Assembly: GCA_951406725.2 (NCBI GenBank)
Contig: OX597833.1
Coordinates: forward strand, 23,436,001-23,500,000
Source: Octopus vulgaris
Lineage: Eukaryota
Direction: 5' to 3'
DNA: 64,000 nt
The position numbers were made by a program, and so were the translations under genes. Position 1 is the first letter of the stretch. Every line of letters begins with the position of its first letter. Below, one piece after another: positions 1 through 14,200 of this stretch. The notes beneath the pieces were generated by a model that saw only the letters and a list, made by a program, of their open reading frames with translations, was not told the origin of the DNA and searched no databases.

Positions 1-1549
1 ACTTCCAGATACATAAATATCAGGTGTCCAAGATCAGTAGAGTTAGTTACATTCATTGCATGATTCTTATTTAAGCTACATGTGTATCATCTTAATATTT
101 CATATTTATGTGTATACAGACACAGCTGAGTGGTTAAGAAACTTGTTTCACAATCATGAGGTCCTAGACTCAATCCCACTGCTTGGTATCTTGGGCAAGT
201 ATCTTTACCATGACCTCAGATAATGAAATTGGGAAGCCAGAAACTGCATGTAAGCTCATGAGATAGATTGCATCTGCAGCTTAAAAGTCCAGCCTTGTCA
301 TATCACACTGACTTAGTTTGGGAATTGTCATATGTCTGTGGTATACTCATTCACTTATGTGTTGATTTAACAAATTCAACATTCAATTAAGCAAACAACT
401 GAATGCTCATCCTCAAAACCAATGGAGGAAATAATCTATCATCTTTATGATAGACTTGTTCTTACAGTCATTACTTTAAAGATAGTATAGGAGTCTATGT
501 AGAGATTTTTACTGCAACAACATACAGGTTGATTAACTACATAAACACTTACTCTCACTGGCTGCGGGTCTGAGAAAGCGAGGGTTAGGTATTTTTAAAG
601 TATTTGACCCTTTACAGATCCTCTGACACTAGTGAGGAGAAAGTTATCCTTAAACCAGAGACCTGGTCAGAAAGCTCGCAACAGAGTGAACTCTTCTAAA
701 AGCATCAAAGGTGCCAAGTGGTGGAGTTAAACTGGCCAATGGCAGCATTTGAACTCAAATGCAAAGTACTGGAACAAATACTGCAAGACATCCAGTCCAA
801 CATTCTTATTGTCCCATCAATCCAGCATCCTGGATTGATAACTTTGTTTTCTTCTTTTTTTTATCTCCTCTGAAAAGATGAAAGGTAGACCTTGATGTGA
901 TTTGAACACAGCATATAGTCAAAACAAATACCACAAGGCATCCTACTTGATCTAATAACTTCAATTCATTGCCCTAATTAACAGCTTTGTATTTTTACTC
1001 TAATTCAGGTAAGGTCTTAGAGCATTTTGCAGAATTGTATGAGAATTGTATGCATTTGGGGCAAGTCTGTCATCAGTAATCAATTGGCTGTACAGAAATT
1101 ATAATTGCTGATTCAATTTCTGACAATAAATAATCAAATCAAACATCTTTTGTATATATGACTATCATTTCCTCAAACAAACACAAACCCTATTCTTTTA
1201 CAACACAAACTCCAACAAGTCCACTTGTTGGTTCTGCTACGATCACTATCAAAAAAACCTTGAAATATATTAAAACAGGCTGGACAATAAACCAGATATA
1301 ACATACTCAGACTGATAGCACCAACAAGAAATGGGATGTGTGTGGCACGGTCCCAGCCTAGATAAAAGCATGACACATGTAATGTACTGGAACAAAGTTT
1401 ATGTGATTATATTTGTTCTCTTCACTTACTATTTATAAGACAACACACTCAACTTGACATTATATTTAGTATAATCCTTATTATCAATAAACTTTTTTGT
1501 AACACAATCTCTGAAAAATTTATCTTCACCATCCAAAATAGATACTTAC

Positions 1550-1590
1550 AAAGAAAGTATGCCTTCCTCTTTTTTTTATGGATTCAGCTT
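1550..1590 (-). CDS. Possible further small exon of the KNL1-like gene
   Basis: Strong tttgtag acceptor and gtaagt donor, open in phase 1. It is short and contains an A8 run. Confidence 0.35.
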
Positions 1591-1842
1591 CTACAAAAGT
1601 AAAAAAGCCATAAAATAAATTATTAATCAACTATATATCACAGAAATATCAGCAAATATGTGTGCACTATAAGTGTATTTTCTGCTATGTTTTCTTAATA
1701 CACTATTTTGAGAGCACAGACTTATTAGACATAATGTTCACGTGGAATGTAAACACATCAACATCATATATTGCTCAATTCCATGTAAGAAATAGAAACG
1801 ACAACTTTCACTCACACACGTGCATGCGTGTGTGTATATATA

Positions 1843-1884
<42 letters not shown>

Positions 1885-1888
<4 letters not shown>

Positions 1889-3760
1889 TGGGAGGAGGAG
1901 AGCCTGCCAAATGTTGACCCAGTAGAGGGACCAGCTATCCGAATAGACAGCTCCCTAGTAGATAAAACAATTAAGGATATGAAACCAGGTAAAGCCCCCG
2001 ACCCATCAGGAATCACTGCTGAGATGCTTAAAACAGCTGGTTATGCGGGCTATGGCCTAGTCACCCGTATTGTTAACCAGGTAGTTCATAATGGAGTCAT
2101 ACCCAATGACTGGCGTAGCAGCACCATAGTCAACTGCTACAAGGGTAAGGGTGATGCTCTAGATAGAAATAACTACAGGGGTATTAGAACTGTTGGATCA
2201 GGTGATGAAGACCACAGAGAGGGTCATAACCCATCTCATTAGGGAGAGAATTTGCTTAGATGAGATGCAGTTCGGTTTTGTGCCGGGTAGAAGCACCACT
2301 GATGCTATATTCCTGGTCCGACAACTGCAGGAGAAATACCTAGCTAAAGATAAACCCCTCTACATAGCTTTTGTGGACTTGGAGAAAGCCTTTGACAGGG
2401 TTCCCCGATCCCTTATCTGGTGGTCGATGCAGAAACTGTTGATTGACGAATGGCTAATAAGGGCTGTACAGGCTCTATACAGAGAGGCTGTCAGCAAGGT
2501 TAGGATTGGCAACGAATATAGTGAAGAATTCCGGGTAGAAGTAGGTGTACACCAGGGCTCAGCCCTCAGTCCCCTTTTATTCATCATAGTCCTCCAGGCA
2601 ATAACAGAGGAATTCAAAACAGGTTGCCCCTGGGAGCTCCTCTATGCTGATGACCTGGCCCTCATAGCAGAATCACTACCAGAACTAAAAAAGAAATTTC
2701 GGGTGTGGAAACAAGGGTTAGAATCTAAGGGCCTTAGAGTAAATGTAGCGAAGACCAAAGTTATAGTATGCAGAAAGGCGAACTCAGCACACACCCCATC
2801 GGGCAGGTGGCCCTGCTCGAGCTGTAGGAAAGGTGTAGGTAGAAACTCCATAAGATGCACCCAGTGTAAGCTATGGACGCATAAGAGGTGCAGCAACATC
2901 AAAGGGAAATTAACTGATAAGATAGCTTTCATGTGCGGCAGATGCACAGGGACAATAGACACCACAGACACTCAAAAATCAGATTCCATCACACTCCAGG
3001 GGGAGAAACTAGAAGTAGTTGATAGTTTCCGCTACCTGGGTGACCAAGTTAGTAGTGGGGGTGGATGCTCAGAGAGTGTCACCACTAGAATACGAATAGC
3101 CTGGGCAAAGTTTAGAAAGCTCCTACCCCTACTGGCGACAAAGGGTCTCTCACTCAGAGTGAAAGGTAGATTGTATGATGCACGTGTGCGAACTGCCATG
3201 CTTCACGGCAGTGAAACATGGGCCGTGACTGCAGAGGACATGTGTAGACTTGAAAGAAATGAAGCTAGCATGATCCGCTGGATGTGTAATGTCAGTGTGA
3301 ATGCACGACAGAGTGTAAGCACCCTGAGAGAAATGCTAGGCATAAGAAGCATCAGATGCGGTGTGCAAGCCTCCACTGGCTTCTGTGCCGGTGGCACATA
3401 AAAAGCACCATCCGAACGTGACCGATGCCAACCCTGCCTCGAATGGCTTCTGTGCCGGTGGCACATAAAAAGCACCATCCGAACGTGGCCGATGCCAGCA
3501 CCGCCTTGAGTGGCTTCTGTGCCGGTGGCACATAAAAAAAGCACCAACCGATCGTGGCCGATGCCAGACCCCTCTGGCACCTGTGCAGGTGGCACGTAAA
3601 AAGCACCCACTACACTCGCGGAATGGTTGGTGTTAGGAAGGGCATCCAGCTGTAGAAACACTGCCAGATCAGACTGGAGCCTGGGGCAGCCCCTGGCTCC
3701 CCAGAACCGTCCAACCCATGCTAGCGCGGAAAACGGACGTTAAACGATGATGATGATGAT
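1885..3760 (+). mobile_element. 5'-truncated RTE-clade LINE (RT, PHD-like finger, 3' UTR repeats, (GAT)n tail)
   Basis: ORFs 1820-2242 and 2193-3401 carry RT motifs (QFGF, AFVDLEKAFDRV, GVHQGSALSP, LLYADD, FRYLG) with a frameshift near 2190. The ORF breaks after 'CGVQ' and continues into ~62-bp 3' UTR repeats and a gatgatgat tail. Same family as the 36.9-40.4 kb element. Confidence 0.95.
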
Positions 3761-4080
3761 ATACACACACACATACATTGGCCTGCTCGCTTAGCCAGCG
3801 AGTTGGCGTCATTTGAAGGCTAAAAACAATGCGAAGCGCATTGTGACCAGTGATGTGTAGCAACATCTGATAGCCTGGTCGGTCTCAATAATCAGTGATA
3901 TACATACACACACACACATTAGGTATGGCTGTGTGTTTGAGGTTTACTTAGCAACCATATGGTTTTAAGTTCAATCCCACAGTAGAGCACCTTGGGCACC
4001 TTCCACAACAGCGAAGGACAACACAAAACCTATGTGGATTTGGAAGATGGAAGCTAAAAGAAGCCTGTTGTGCCCCCGTG

Positions 4081-4134
<54 letters not shown>

Positions 4135-5175
4135 CACGCTTGGTTATATTTGCATTTTAGCATGAAAAATGAACACTGCTTGTACATCAGTAATTTACAT
4201 AACAGAATTAACAACTGGAAATTGTGTCTGGTGCTGCACTGACAAATGAATCTTTACAATAAGCCAAAAAACTATTTTAATCCAACCCACTATGCTTATG
4301 TTCTTGTAATAACACCTTCCCAAATATTTGGGTAGTAGATGCGGTTGATGCCAGTGTTATGTCATCGGCACCTGTGCCAGTGGCATGTAAAAGACACCCA
4401 CTACACTCTCAAAGTGGTTGGTGTTAGGAAGGACTTCCAGCCATAGAAACCTTGCCAAATCAGATTGGAACCTGGTGCAGCTACCCCTCCCCCCACTTAT
4501 CAGTTTTCAGTCAAACTGTCCAAACCATGCCAGCATGGAAATCAGACATTAAATGATGATGATGTAACAACACATATTCTAATACAAACACCTAGCCATA
4601 TAAGTGCTAATAGAGTATTCTGTTACAGTAATTTAGGCAAGGTCTCTGTTCTGAGGAATAACTTATGTTTTAGCGGCCTTGAACACTGCTACCCTTCTTC
4701 CTCTGACTTATCATCATCCTCATTTTAACATGCTTTTCACAGTGGCAATAGGTTACCTGGGTCTCCATGGTTCTTTTTTATAGGGAGCCCGTGTCCTCAT
4801 ACATTGGCACCCATATACTTCATCTTGACATGGTTTCTATAACTAGATACCTTTCCTGTCTCCAACCTCTTTACAAAAGTGTATCAGGTGCACTTCATCA
4901 TGTTACTAGGACTAGAAAGGCAGTCATAATCTTGGCTTCACTAAGTCATGCAAAAGCAGTTAAAAAAATTGGAATGGTTTTGTAGAAAGTCTTCAATTAT
5001 TCAGGAACCGAACTATTTTCTGGTCCTGAAGAAGAGGCCCAATGTTTGAGATGTAAATTTGGCAATGATTATGCGATACCAGTGATTAAAGTTTTCAGAG
5101 AATTATACTGATTACACTCACACAATGTAACACACCCCACTTTGCAAAATAAATAATTTCTATTGCATTACTTAC

Positions 5176-5277
5176 CGTCCAGATATTTTCTACCTTCCTT
5201 GTAACATTTTATTTGAGCTTCAGAATATTCACTTGTAGAATTTAACAGTTCAATTTTTTCCTCAAAATCTTTCAATA
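5176..5277 (-). CDS. KNL1-like coiled-coil exon (LKDFEEKIELLNSTSEYSEAQIKCYKEGRKYLD)
   Basis: Phase-1 acceptor and g|gtaagt donor. Confidence 0.7.
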
Positions 5278-8200
5278 CTTTAAGAGAGCAAAAGCAGAAA
5301 AAGATCTTCAAAATATGATAATGTACCTAAATACAATTTTATTCAACTTTTAATTTTGACATCTTAATATCTAATAGCTGATGGCATATCAGAAGCACTT
5401 CTTTTTTCCCTAAAAAAATCTTGCAAAAATCTCTCCAAGTCTTATATGCAATGTTGAACCTATATTACATGCTTTAATGCACTAAAAAATATTCACCTGA
5501 ACATACGCTGCATTTAATATGCCATCAAATATAATAGCAATTTCCTTTTATACTATTTTCTTTAAATGTTAGATAACATTTACATGATTTACAATTGCTC
5601 ACAAAGCCATATTGGTTCTCGGTGTGTATAGAGCACATACCAAATGCAAATTGCCTTCCTCACTATGGCAAATTATCTTCCCCAATCTGTGTTACAACAA
5701 TAAACTGAGATAAAATGTAAACTCAAAGCCTTGTTTAACATGTTTTCCACTTTTTCTATAATTCTTTGTTTAGCATAAAGCAGCAAGCTAGCAGAATCAT
5801 TAGCAAATCAGATAAAATGCATAGCAGCATTTCTTCTAGTTCTTTACACTCTGAGTTCAAATCTTGCCAGGGTCAACTTAGCCTTTCATTCCTTCAGGAC
5901 TAATAAAATAAAGTACCAGTTAAATAGTGAGGTTGATGCCATTAACTTGCACCTTCTCTTCAAAATTACTGGCTTTGAACTCTGCAACAGACCAGTGTCC
6001 CATTCAGGGAAAATGTTGTGATCTCAATCACATGGAAACCCAAGTAACTGGTTTTATGAGGCTTGAGAGAAAAAAAGATATTATTTAGCATAGTGTAATT
6101 TTTAATGAAGGATTTCAATGAAAAAAATTCTTTTGAAAAATAAACGTTTATACCATTATCCAAACTATCTATTTGTTGGTCCAATTTTGAAGTAATGTCC
6201 ACTAATTGAGAATTGGCTTTTTCCATCAGTTTCAATTTATCCTAAGGGAAGAGAAAATAAGGAATAAATAATCAATAATCCTTTCTTAACTAGAGTTAAT
6301 CATTAAGATAATGATTCATTATTCACACTATGGATTTAATTTTAATTAAAATTCTTTGGTTCACAAGACTAAATCTATTAGTGCCCACTTTGTAAAAAAA
6401 TCCTAAATATTTCTCAAGTCAACTTAAATCTGCAGTAAGTCATACAATGCTTAGCCGATGAGATGTAACAAGATCGAAATACATCCAAAGTTATCACACC
6501 ATGAGTCAAAGATGAGACACTCTCTACTGCATTCTACCAAACATGTCTTTCCATCAGTTCATGGTACATTCTCCCCCACTTCATTATCATCACATATCTT
6601 CCTGTATTTAAGTGCCTTTAACAGTCTAGCACTTTCACATCAATTAAAATTTCACATACAACAGATTATATTCAGTTCATTCTTCTTCAATTGCTTGATC
6701 CCACTGCATGGTACTTTAAGTATGCATCTTCTATCATAATCTTGAGATGACCAAAGAATTATGAGTAAAACTTGGTTGACTGTATGAAAGCCAGTCAGAG
6801 GGACTGTTTCTGTTTTTGGATAGTAATAATGTTTACTATCATGATCCAGCCTCAGTTGCCTTTAGCAGAGTACACTTCATTGCGAGCATTCAAGATCTAC
6901 CTAGTATGAGGGTAACTTCCTTTCCTCCAAATACCAGTGTGGAAGGTTCTGTAAACATCATGGGCACTGCCCTTACTCGACTGACTAAATTTACCGTTCA
7001 CCTTTAACTTGTTTCAGTCATTGGTCTGCAGCCATGCTAGGGCACTGTCTGCAAGGGTTTTAGAGGAACTGCTGAGTTACAGGGATGTAAACAAGCCAAC
7101 ACCAGTTGTCGAGCAGGACATAGAAGGAACAAACAAAGACACAAAGAAACACACACACACACTTGTAGACATCATGCTTACACACAATTTCTCTCTACCA
7201 AAATTCACTCACAGAGCATTGGTTGGTCTGGGGTTAAAGTAGAACTTGTTCAAGGTGCTGCCTAGCAGGGCTGAGCCCAAATCCAAGTGGTTGCTAAGCA
7301 AGCTTGTTAACCTCACAGCCATATGTTCAAATCCCATTAAAACAGCATATTCTTAATAATGGTATTTTATTTACTTCAATGTATCAAAACTTGATAAGAG
7401 TTTATAACATGTCCAACTTACTGTGTAGGCTGAAGTCAAGTCATTAAAATATTCAATTTCTTTCTGCTTCATTTTCTTATCAGTTCTTTGCTTACACATT
7501 TTGAAATCTGCCAAAAGTTGCTTCTTTATATCTTCTTTCTGCAATTAAAAATAAAATATATTATATCATAAGAAAAAAAAACTGCAGGTAGAAGGTATGA
7601 AGATGAATATTAGGAAAATAAGGATGTTGATTGCAAGTTGTGAGGTGCAAAGAACAATGAAGCATGCATGTGCAGTGTATAAGAAATGTGCTGGAATGAA
7701 CTCCATTGAATGTACAGTTTGCATTGGGTGGGTACATAAAAATATAGTGGTGTGAAAGGTTAATAATAAATAAATACCGTTTGGGAAGATAAATGAAAAT
7801 GCATACTGAAAACTTCAAAACGTACTGAACTTGTCTTTTCCCTTTCTTCTAAAACATTTCTGAAACCATAGAGAAGCTCTGGATCTTTAAATTGTTTCAT
7901 AAATCTAAAAAATAATAAATATTCCTAAGATTAAACAGAATTGTACATGAAATTTTGTAAATATTTTTGAAGAAATATTTGGTTTTTCAATTTAAACATG
8001 TATGCTTCACTTTAAATGACAAAGAGTACGCAAACACTGCTACAAGAAGTGTTTGCTTTTCTATATGAATGAAGAATTACATCCCTAACCCTTTAGCAAT
8101 CAAACTAGCCATATCCAGCCTAAGTATTCTGTGTTATGTTCAAACCAGCCAGATGCAACCTCTCATACCTACCCTACATATGCTTCAAAAATAAGCAATC

Positions 8201-11200
8201 ACATCATGAAAATCTCGGAGCTGCAAGAAGATGTATGATTAATTCAAAACAATGTGAATAAATAAGTGCTGTTGACAGAATAATCTGAATGCTAAAGGGT
8301 TAATCAAAATGACTATGAATCTACTTTGGAAAACATTGTCAGAAAGGCTTTCTTAAACTTTGATATTGAAGTATTTGCTGATTAAAAGATTACACTGTTT
8401 TGCACACACAAATGCATATACACATATACAATTAGGTCCAAAGACACATTCACACTCAAGCACAAATATGCAGCCACACATGCACAGGCACATACACACA
8501 CTTGCTCAGAAGTACATACAGAAATCTGAACCATGAAATGATTTCATACTACAGACAAAAACAAACAATATTTAATATCCATCACCCATTTTTACTGCCC
8601 AGTTTTTTGGGAGGTCATGAAGGTAGAGTCCTTGGGCACCCTCTCCATATGATTCTATTAGAAGCAATTGTCATAAATTTCCTGCTGAATTCCCAAGCAT
8701 AACCAGCTAGGACTGTGAATGTTATCCAACCAACTCATTCTTAGTCAACTTTTTGATCTTCTGCTACTGGGTTTGCCTTGAAGAATCCATTTTGGGATTC
8801 TTTCCTGCAACATTTTAATCACGTGCCCATAGTGCCAAAATTGTGATCACTTAATGCAGAGAAATAGTAGCCCTATCTGGAAAGACTCCATAATCTCCAA
8901 GATATGCACTCTGTTGAATAACATCACTCTAGAAATTCTTCAGAGGAATCCCATTTCATTCTGTTGCATTCCTGATTCTACTTTATCAGTCATTATCCAA
9001 CATTCATGACAAATAGTAAGGATAAGCATAGAAACCAAATTGAAGATAGCAAATTTGTCTATTTGACCAATTTCATTGTTCTGATGAAGATAGAATGCTG
9101 AAGCTGGCATAATACTATAGTGTTGTGCCAGCTTCAGCATTCTATTTTCATCAATTTTTTTGATGAACATAAACATTTTATTTCTTTTTTAGTTTTTAAC
9201 ATTTTATTTTTGTGATAAGAAAATGCAGCTCTTTCATTTAAACATTTCATCTTAATCTTTCTTATTTAGGTTACTGAGCCTCATACCATTGAAGAAAAAA
9301 TGGAGTTAGCTTGCGTACTTCATCCTGAATATCAGTGTACTTTGAAAAGTCATGAACAGCTGAAATCTGATGGCGAAAGGTAATTTTTTTTCTTTAACTT
9401 TGTATTTAAAATTGCTAACTCCATTTTTTCTTCAATGGTATGAGGCTCAGTAACCTAAATAAGAAAGATTAAGATGAAATGTTTAAATGAAAGAGCTGCA
9501 TTTTCTTATCACCAAAATAAAATGTTAAAAACTAAAAAAGAAATAAAATGTTTATGTTCATCAAAAAAATTTTTCTTAAATGGCTTTTTAAAAATATTGT
9601 TAAAGTTCAAACAAAAAAATAATCCAGTAATTCTATAGAAAAAGTAAAAATATTTTCTTTAAAAACACAATATTAGCCACAGTCCATAAAATTTTTTAAC
9701 TCTTTTATTAAATAACTTTGCCCTTATTAAGCTGGTATTTGGAATATTTTGATGCAAGATTTAATATACATCCCTTTAAAAGAGGAAATTTATATCATAG
9801 AACCAGTGACAATCCTAAATGGGCAGGTTTTTTTTTCCATCTTTAATGTTTGTCAATGCTACCATGAGTAAGCTGGTTGTAAAAAGTTTCCATATTTGCA
9901 TGACATGCTGGAGCAGGTATTTTGCTCTGATCAAATGCCTTAAAAAACGCTAGTCTCTTTGGTACCTTTAACAAAATTTCCTCCAATTTGCAGGTAACTC
10001 AAATATATTGATGTGTAATGTATTACTGCAGCAACCCAGGATTTCTTTTCCTTCCATCCCACTCCACCTCAAACAAATGCCTTTTAGAAGTCCTTAACAT
10101 TTGTTTTGGGTTCTGATTAAGTCATAAAAAAAATTTTTAATCCTTACAAAAGAAACTTACTTTTTAAATGGATTCAATGTTCACTTTTCCATGTAAGCAT
10201 GGAAAAATGCACATTAAAACAATGATGGTTATGACAGCAAGAAATTAAAAGATGTCATTAATTTCCACTGTTTAAATATTTTAAGCTGTTATGTAAAATA
10301 ATATGCAAAGCCAGTAGTAAAAGTATGAAAATATACAAGTAACAAAAGTAGTTTACCACTGAAGTTTCATATATATTAGATTGCCGACACTCCAATGCGG
10401 CATTCCCTACTCGATCAATACCAACCAGAAACAGAAGATCTTCAATTGTTTCAACTTCCATCTACAATAAAACATGGGTTTGATTAAAACTTTTTTAAAA
10501 ACTAAATGATGAAAATTATCCTAAATTCTTAAATTTGAAATTTTTACACATCATTATAATCATCATATCTATTTTCCATGTCCGTGGGAGTTCAATAGAT
10601 TGTCCTAGCTCTAGTCAGTTCTTAGAGTTATAGCCTCTTTAACATGGTCAGGAGACCACACTTGCCTATTTCATTATATAGAGATGTTTAAGGTAGTGAG
10701 CTGGTTAAATTGTTAGCATACCAGACAAAATGCTTGGATGCATTTTTTCCAACTCTTTACAGTCTGTTCAAATCCTGTCATGATCAACTTTGCCTTTTCT
10801 CTTTTCAGAGTTGATAAAATAAAGTAGCAGTTAAGGACCGGAATTGAAGTAATTGACTGGACACTTCCTTAAAATTGTTGTCCTTGTACCAAAATTTGAA
10901 AGAAATGATGGGTGTTAGGAAGAGCATTTCCATCTGTATATAAATCTACAATGTCCCCAGAAATCAATAACTTATATATTTTAGTAAGTGCTTTATTCAC
11001 TATATGTAGCGAAAATATACTTTTCAAATTCACAATTTATCACTGTATTCAAAGTGGAATCTTCAATTATGATTTTAGTAAATTCTCATATGAAGTTGTA
11101 TATAATCAGGAACTTGTGTACATTATTAACACATGAAAAAGGCTGAATACAAGTAATTTGAGGAAGTAACAAGGTGTGTGTGTATTTGTCTCTTTGTCTT

Positions 11201-14200
11201 GACATCATGTGGTAGTTGTCAACAAGTACCTTTGTCATACAAAAGGTGCTCCTTGTTTCCAGTCTTCTGAGAAAACATATCAGGCCATGAGGGAAATATT
11301 ATGTTGCTCCAAAACAAGTGGGGTCAATGACAGGATGGGCATCAGGCTCTAGAAGATCTGCCTCATCAAATTCTGTCTGATTCATGCAAGTGAAAAAGTG
11401 GACATTATAACAAAGATGATATATGCACTGTATTTATAGCTGCAGTTTAAGTAAAACACATTTTTCTACAAACACTCTTAGATTACACCAAAATATTAAT
11501 TTCATGAATTAATATAGATAACAGTAGAGGAAAATTTTGTCTTTCTGGTAACATTTGTTTATCTTTGAGGTTCTACTGATGTAAATGTACATACATACAC
11601 AAACACACAAACACACACAATAACAGAAAAAGAATAAAACACAGAATACATTTATCATAAGTCTCAATTAAGAGAGGAAACAAGAACTGTTCACATCTAA
11701 TTTTCTGCATCTGCAGGAGAACTGGATTGATGGACCACACTTTCACGGTCTGTATTTATACTGAAAATCAAGATTGAGCAAGCATTTGCTCTACAACTGA
11801 AGTTCATAATGATTTGGTTAACTATTTTTCAACCCCACCATATCTTGGTTTAATGGAATTCATCCCAGTCAAAGGTGACAGTAATCATTGCGTCTGGCAA
11901 AAAATTTTATGCCTAGAAGGATTATCTCAACATAGTAGGCCAAAATATTTCTTAAGTATACATTGGTACTGCTGATTACAAAAACATTCTATCTACTCAC
12001 GATACCTTTTTACAGCTTAGTAAACTAAGAAAGAGTTAGGTATATTGGTCAACATATAGACCAAAGTACAAACCTTTCAGCTTGTAAGTAAAAAAACTGT
12101 CACTATAACCTGTTATGGCTCCTGATCTTGGCAATAATTTTGACATAAAATGTTCTGAATATTGATAAAGTCATTTTCATTATAAAGCATGTTCAAACCT
12201 GAAAATAATACTTACTAAAGACAAAGGCTTTTCCAAATGGGGAAAGTGCATGTTCATTAAAAGATGACTGCATAATGTAGAGTCTGAGATATTATTCAAT
12301 GTGGAAATGCTGTTTCTAATATCTGTTATACTTCTATCAGTCATCATGGAGCCAGATCTTGAAGGTACTTGTGAATATGGTTGTGGTTGTTTATTTTCCA
12401 GTGATAAATTCAAAACATCTTCATGAGAAATGTTTCCAATCAAAAAATCAGGTTTCTCATCCATAATATCAGACACATCTGAAATGATACAAAATATAGT
12501 TTATGAAATGATATAAAATATTAAGTTATATACTTTCTAGAGTATAGGACCATACATGTTAACATACCTTTCAAAATAAATAGCAGAAACAGAGAATGAG
12601 CCTATCTTCACAGGATACCAGAGAGAAGAGACTAAAATTTCTATGAAAGGAAAAAATAAGAAACTTTTCTCTTTGAACTGCTTTTCCCAATTTTATTAAA
12701 ACTTATACACATACGTAGTTTTCCATGTCAATTATGACGATCCTAATCATTTTATTGAGAAATTAATAATGAAACAGTTAAAAACCTTAAATCTTAAAGA
12801 CTGAAATTTTAGCCAATCAGATTTATCTATTCTCAACATCTCACCCACCAAACATATTTCCTGTATGTTTACATAGCAACCATTTTGGAGTTTAAGGTTT
12901 GTGTTTAATGTTTATGATTGGTTATAAGTTTGTAGAGCATCACAAAACTTCATTAATTTCCATCTTTAAAGGTTTTGTAACATCATCATTATTCATTTCT
13001 CAAAAAACAATAACAGTTTGTGATTTGTTGTAGTTGCAGGTCAAAAACAAAAAAAAACTGATACTCTCCATAATATCACCACAGCAAGAGAGAGGATGGA
13101 TCTGACTAATATATTATTAAAAAAATTAAGTACTTAAACATTTGTAATTGTTTATTGTTAATTTCTCTCTCTAAAAAGCAGTTGTGACTTTAGTACTTGG
13201 CATCAAAAACAAAATCTGTGTAGAAATTTTGAAATTAAAGTGGAAGCAATTCATACCAAAAAGATCTGATCATAAAATTAATGTAGTAATTTGTGGAATA
13301 TTATATTAAATCATTGACTTTAAAAGTATACATTAACATTCGATTAAAGCATAAAGAAAAATTATCTAAAAGGTATTGTATCTTAATATTATACACATTT
13401 ACAACAGTAAAATAACACAGTAGATAATAGAATTAGAAGGGGTGGGGTGGTTAAAGGTTGCGTGAGTGTGAGAGAGAAGGGATGAGTAAAACAGATGTAG
13501 AGGAGGGCTTTAGTAAATATGATGGTAAATATGTCAGACTCAGATTATGTCCAGCCAGGAAACACATTAACTACTTCAGTAACCATTTCTAATATTAATC
13601 TTATTTATCCGTCTCTAACTTTCTCACAGAACTCACCTTAATTAAAGCATTGATATTTTAATAATAAAATCAAACTCACCAGCATAGTCAAAATCAAAGC
13701 CAGTTTTCTCCGATACACTATTTGTATCATATTGAGTACCACTGATATCAGTTCTCAAACACTTCTCTGTAACAACTTTATCAGCCATCAAACTGCTCTT
13801 ATTAACAGTAACAGAATTACTGTTCAAAGAAGTTTCAATTAATTTTGAGCTAATTGTTTCAGAAGATGTTTGCCTTCGAGAAAATACATTTGAAGTATTG
13901 AAAGAAGAGTCATTTGATTTCTTAAAATTATGTTTTAATATGTTCTTTTTGATCCTTTAAAACACTTCCTTCTGTTCTGGTATTAGAAATATTGGAAATA
14001 GTGGCTTTAAAATCTGTCACTGAACCAAGATCATCTTTAGCAGTACTATTTGCTCTGAAACTAACAGACTGCATTCCATTTAATTCATATGGCATGTTTT
14101 CTTTGTCAATTATATTCTTTGGGGGAAGATTAGACCGATCAAAATTATTAGAAGATGGTAGAATACAGTTATCTGCTGGCAAATTTGAAGCACTAGTTTT

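Noticed and set aside
1173-1376. 67-aa ORF as a further KNL1 (RWD-domain) exon
   Set aside because: I could not find consistent splice phases or a recognisable motif.
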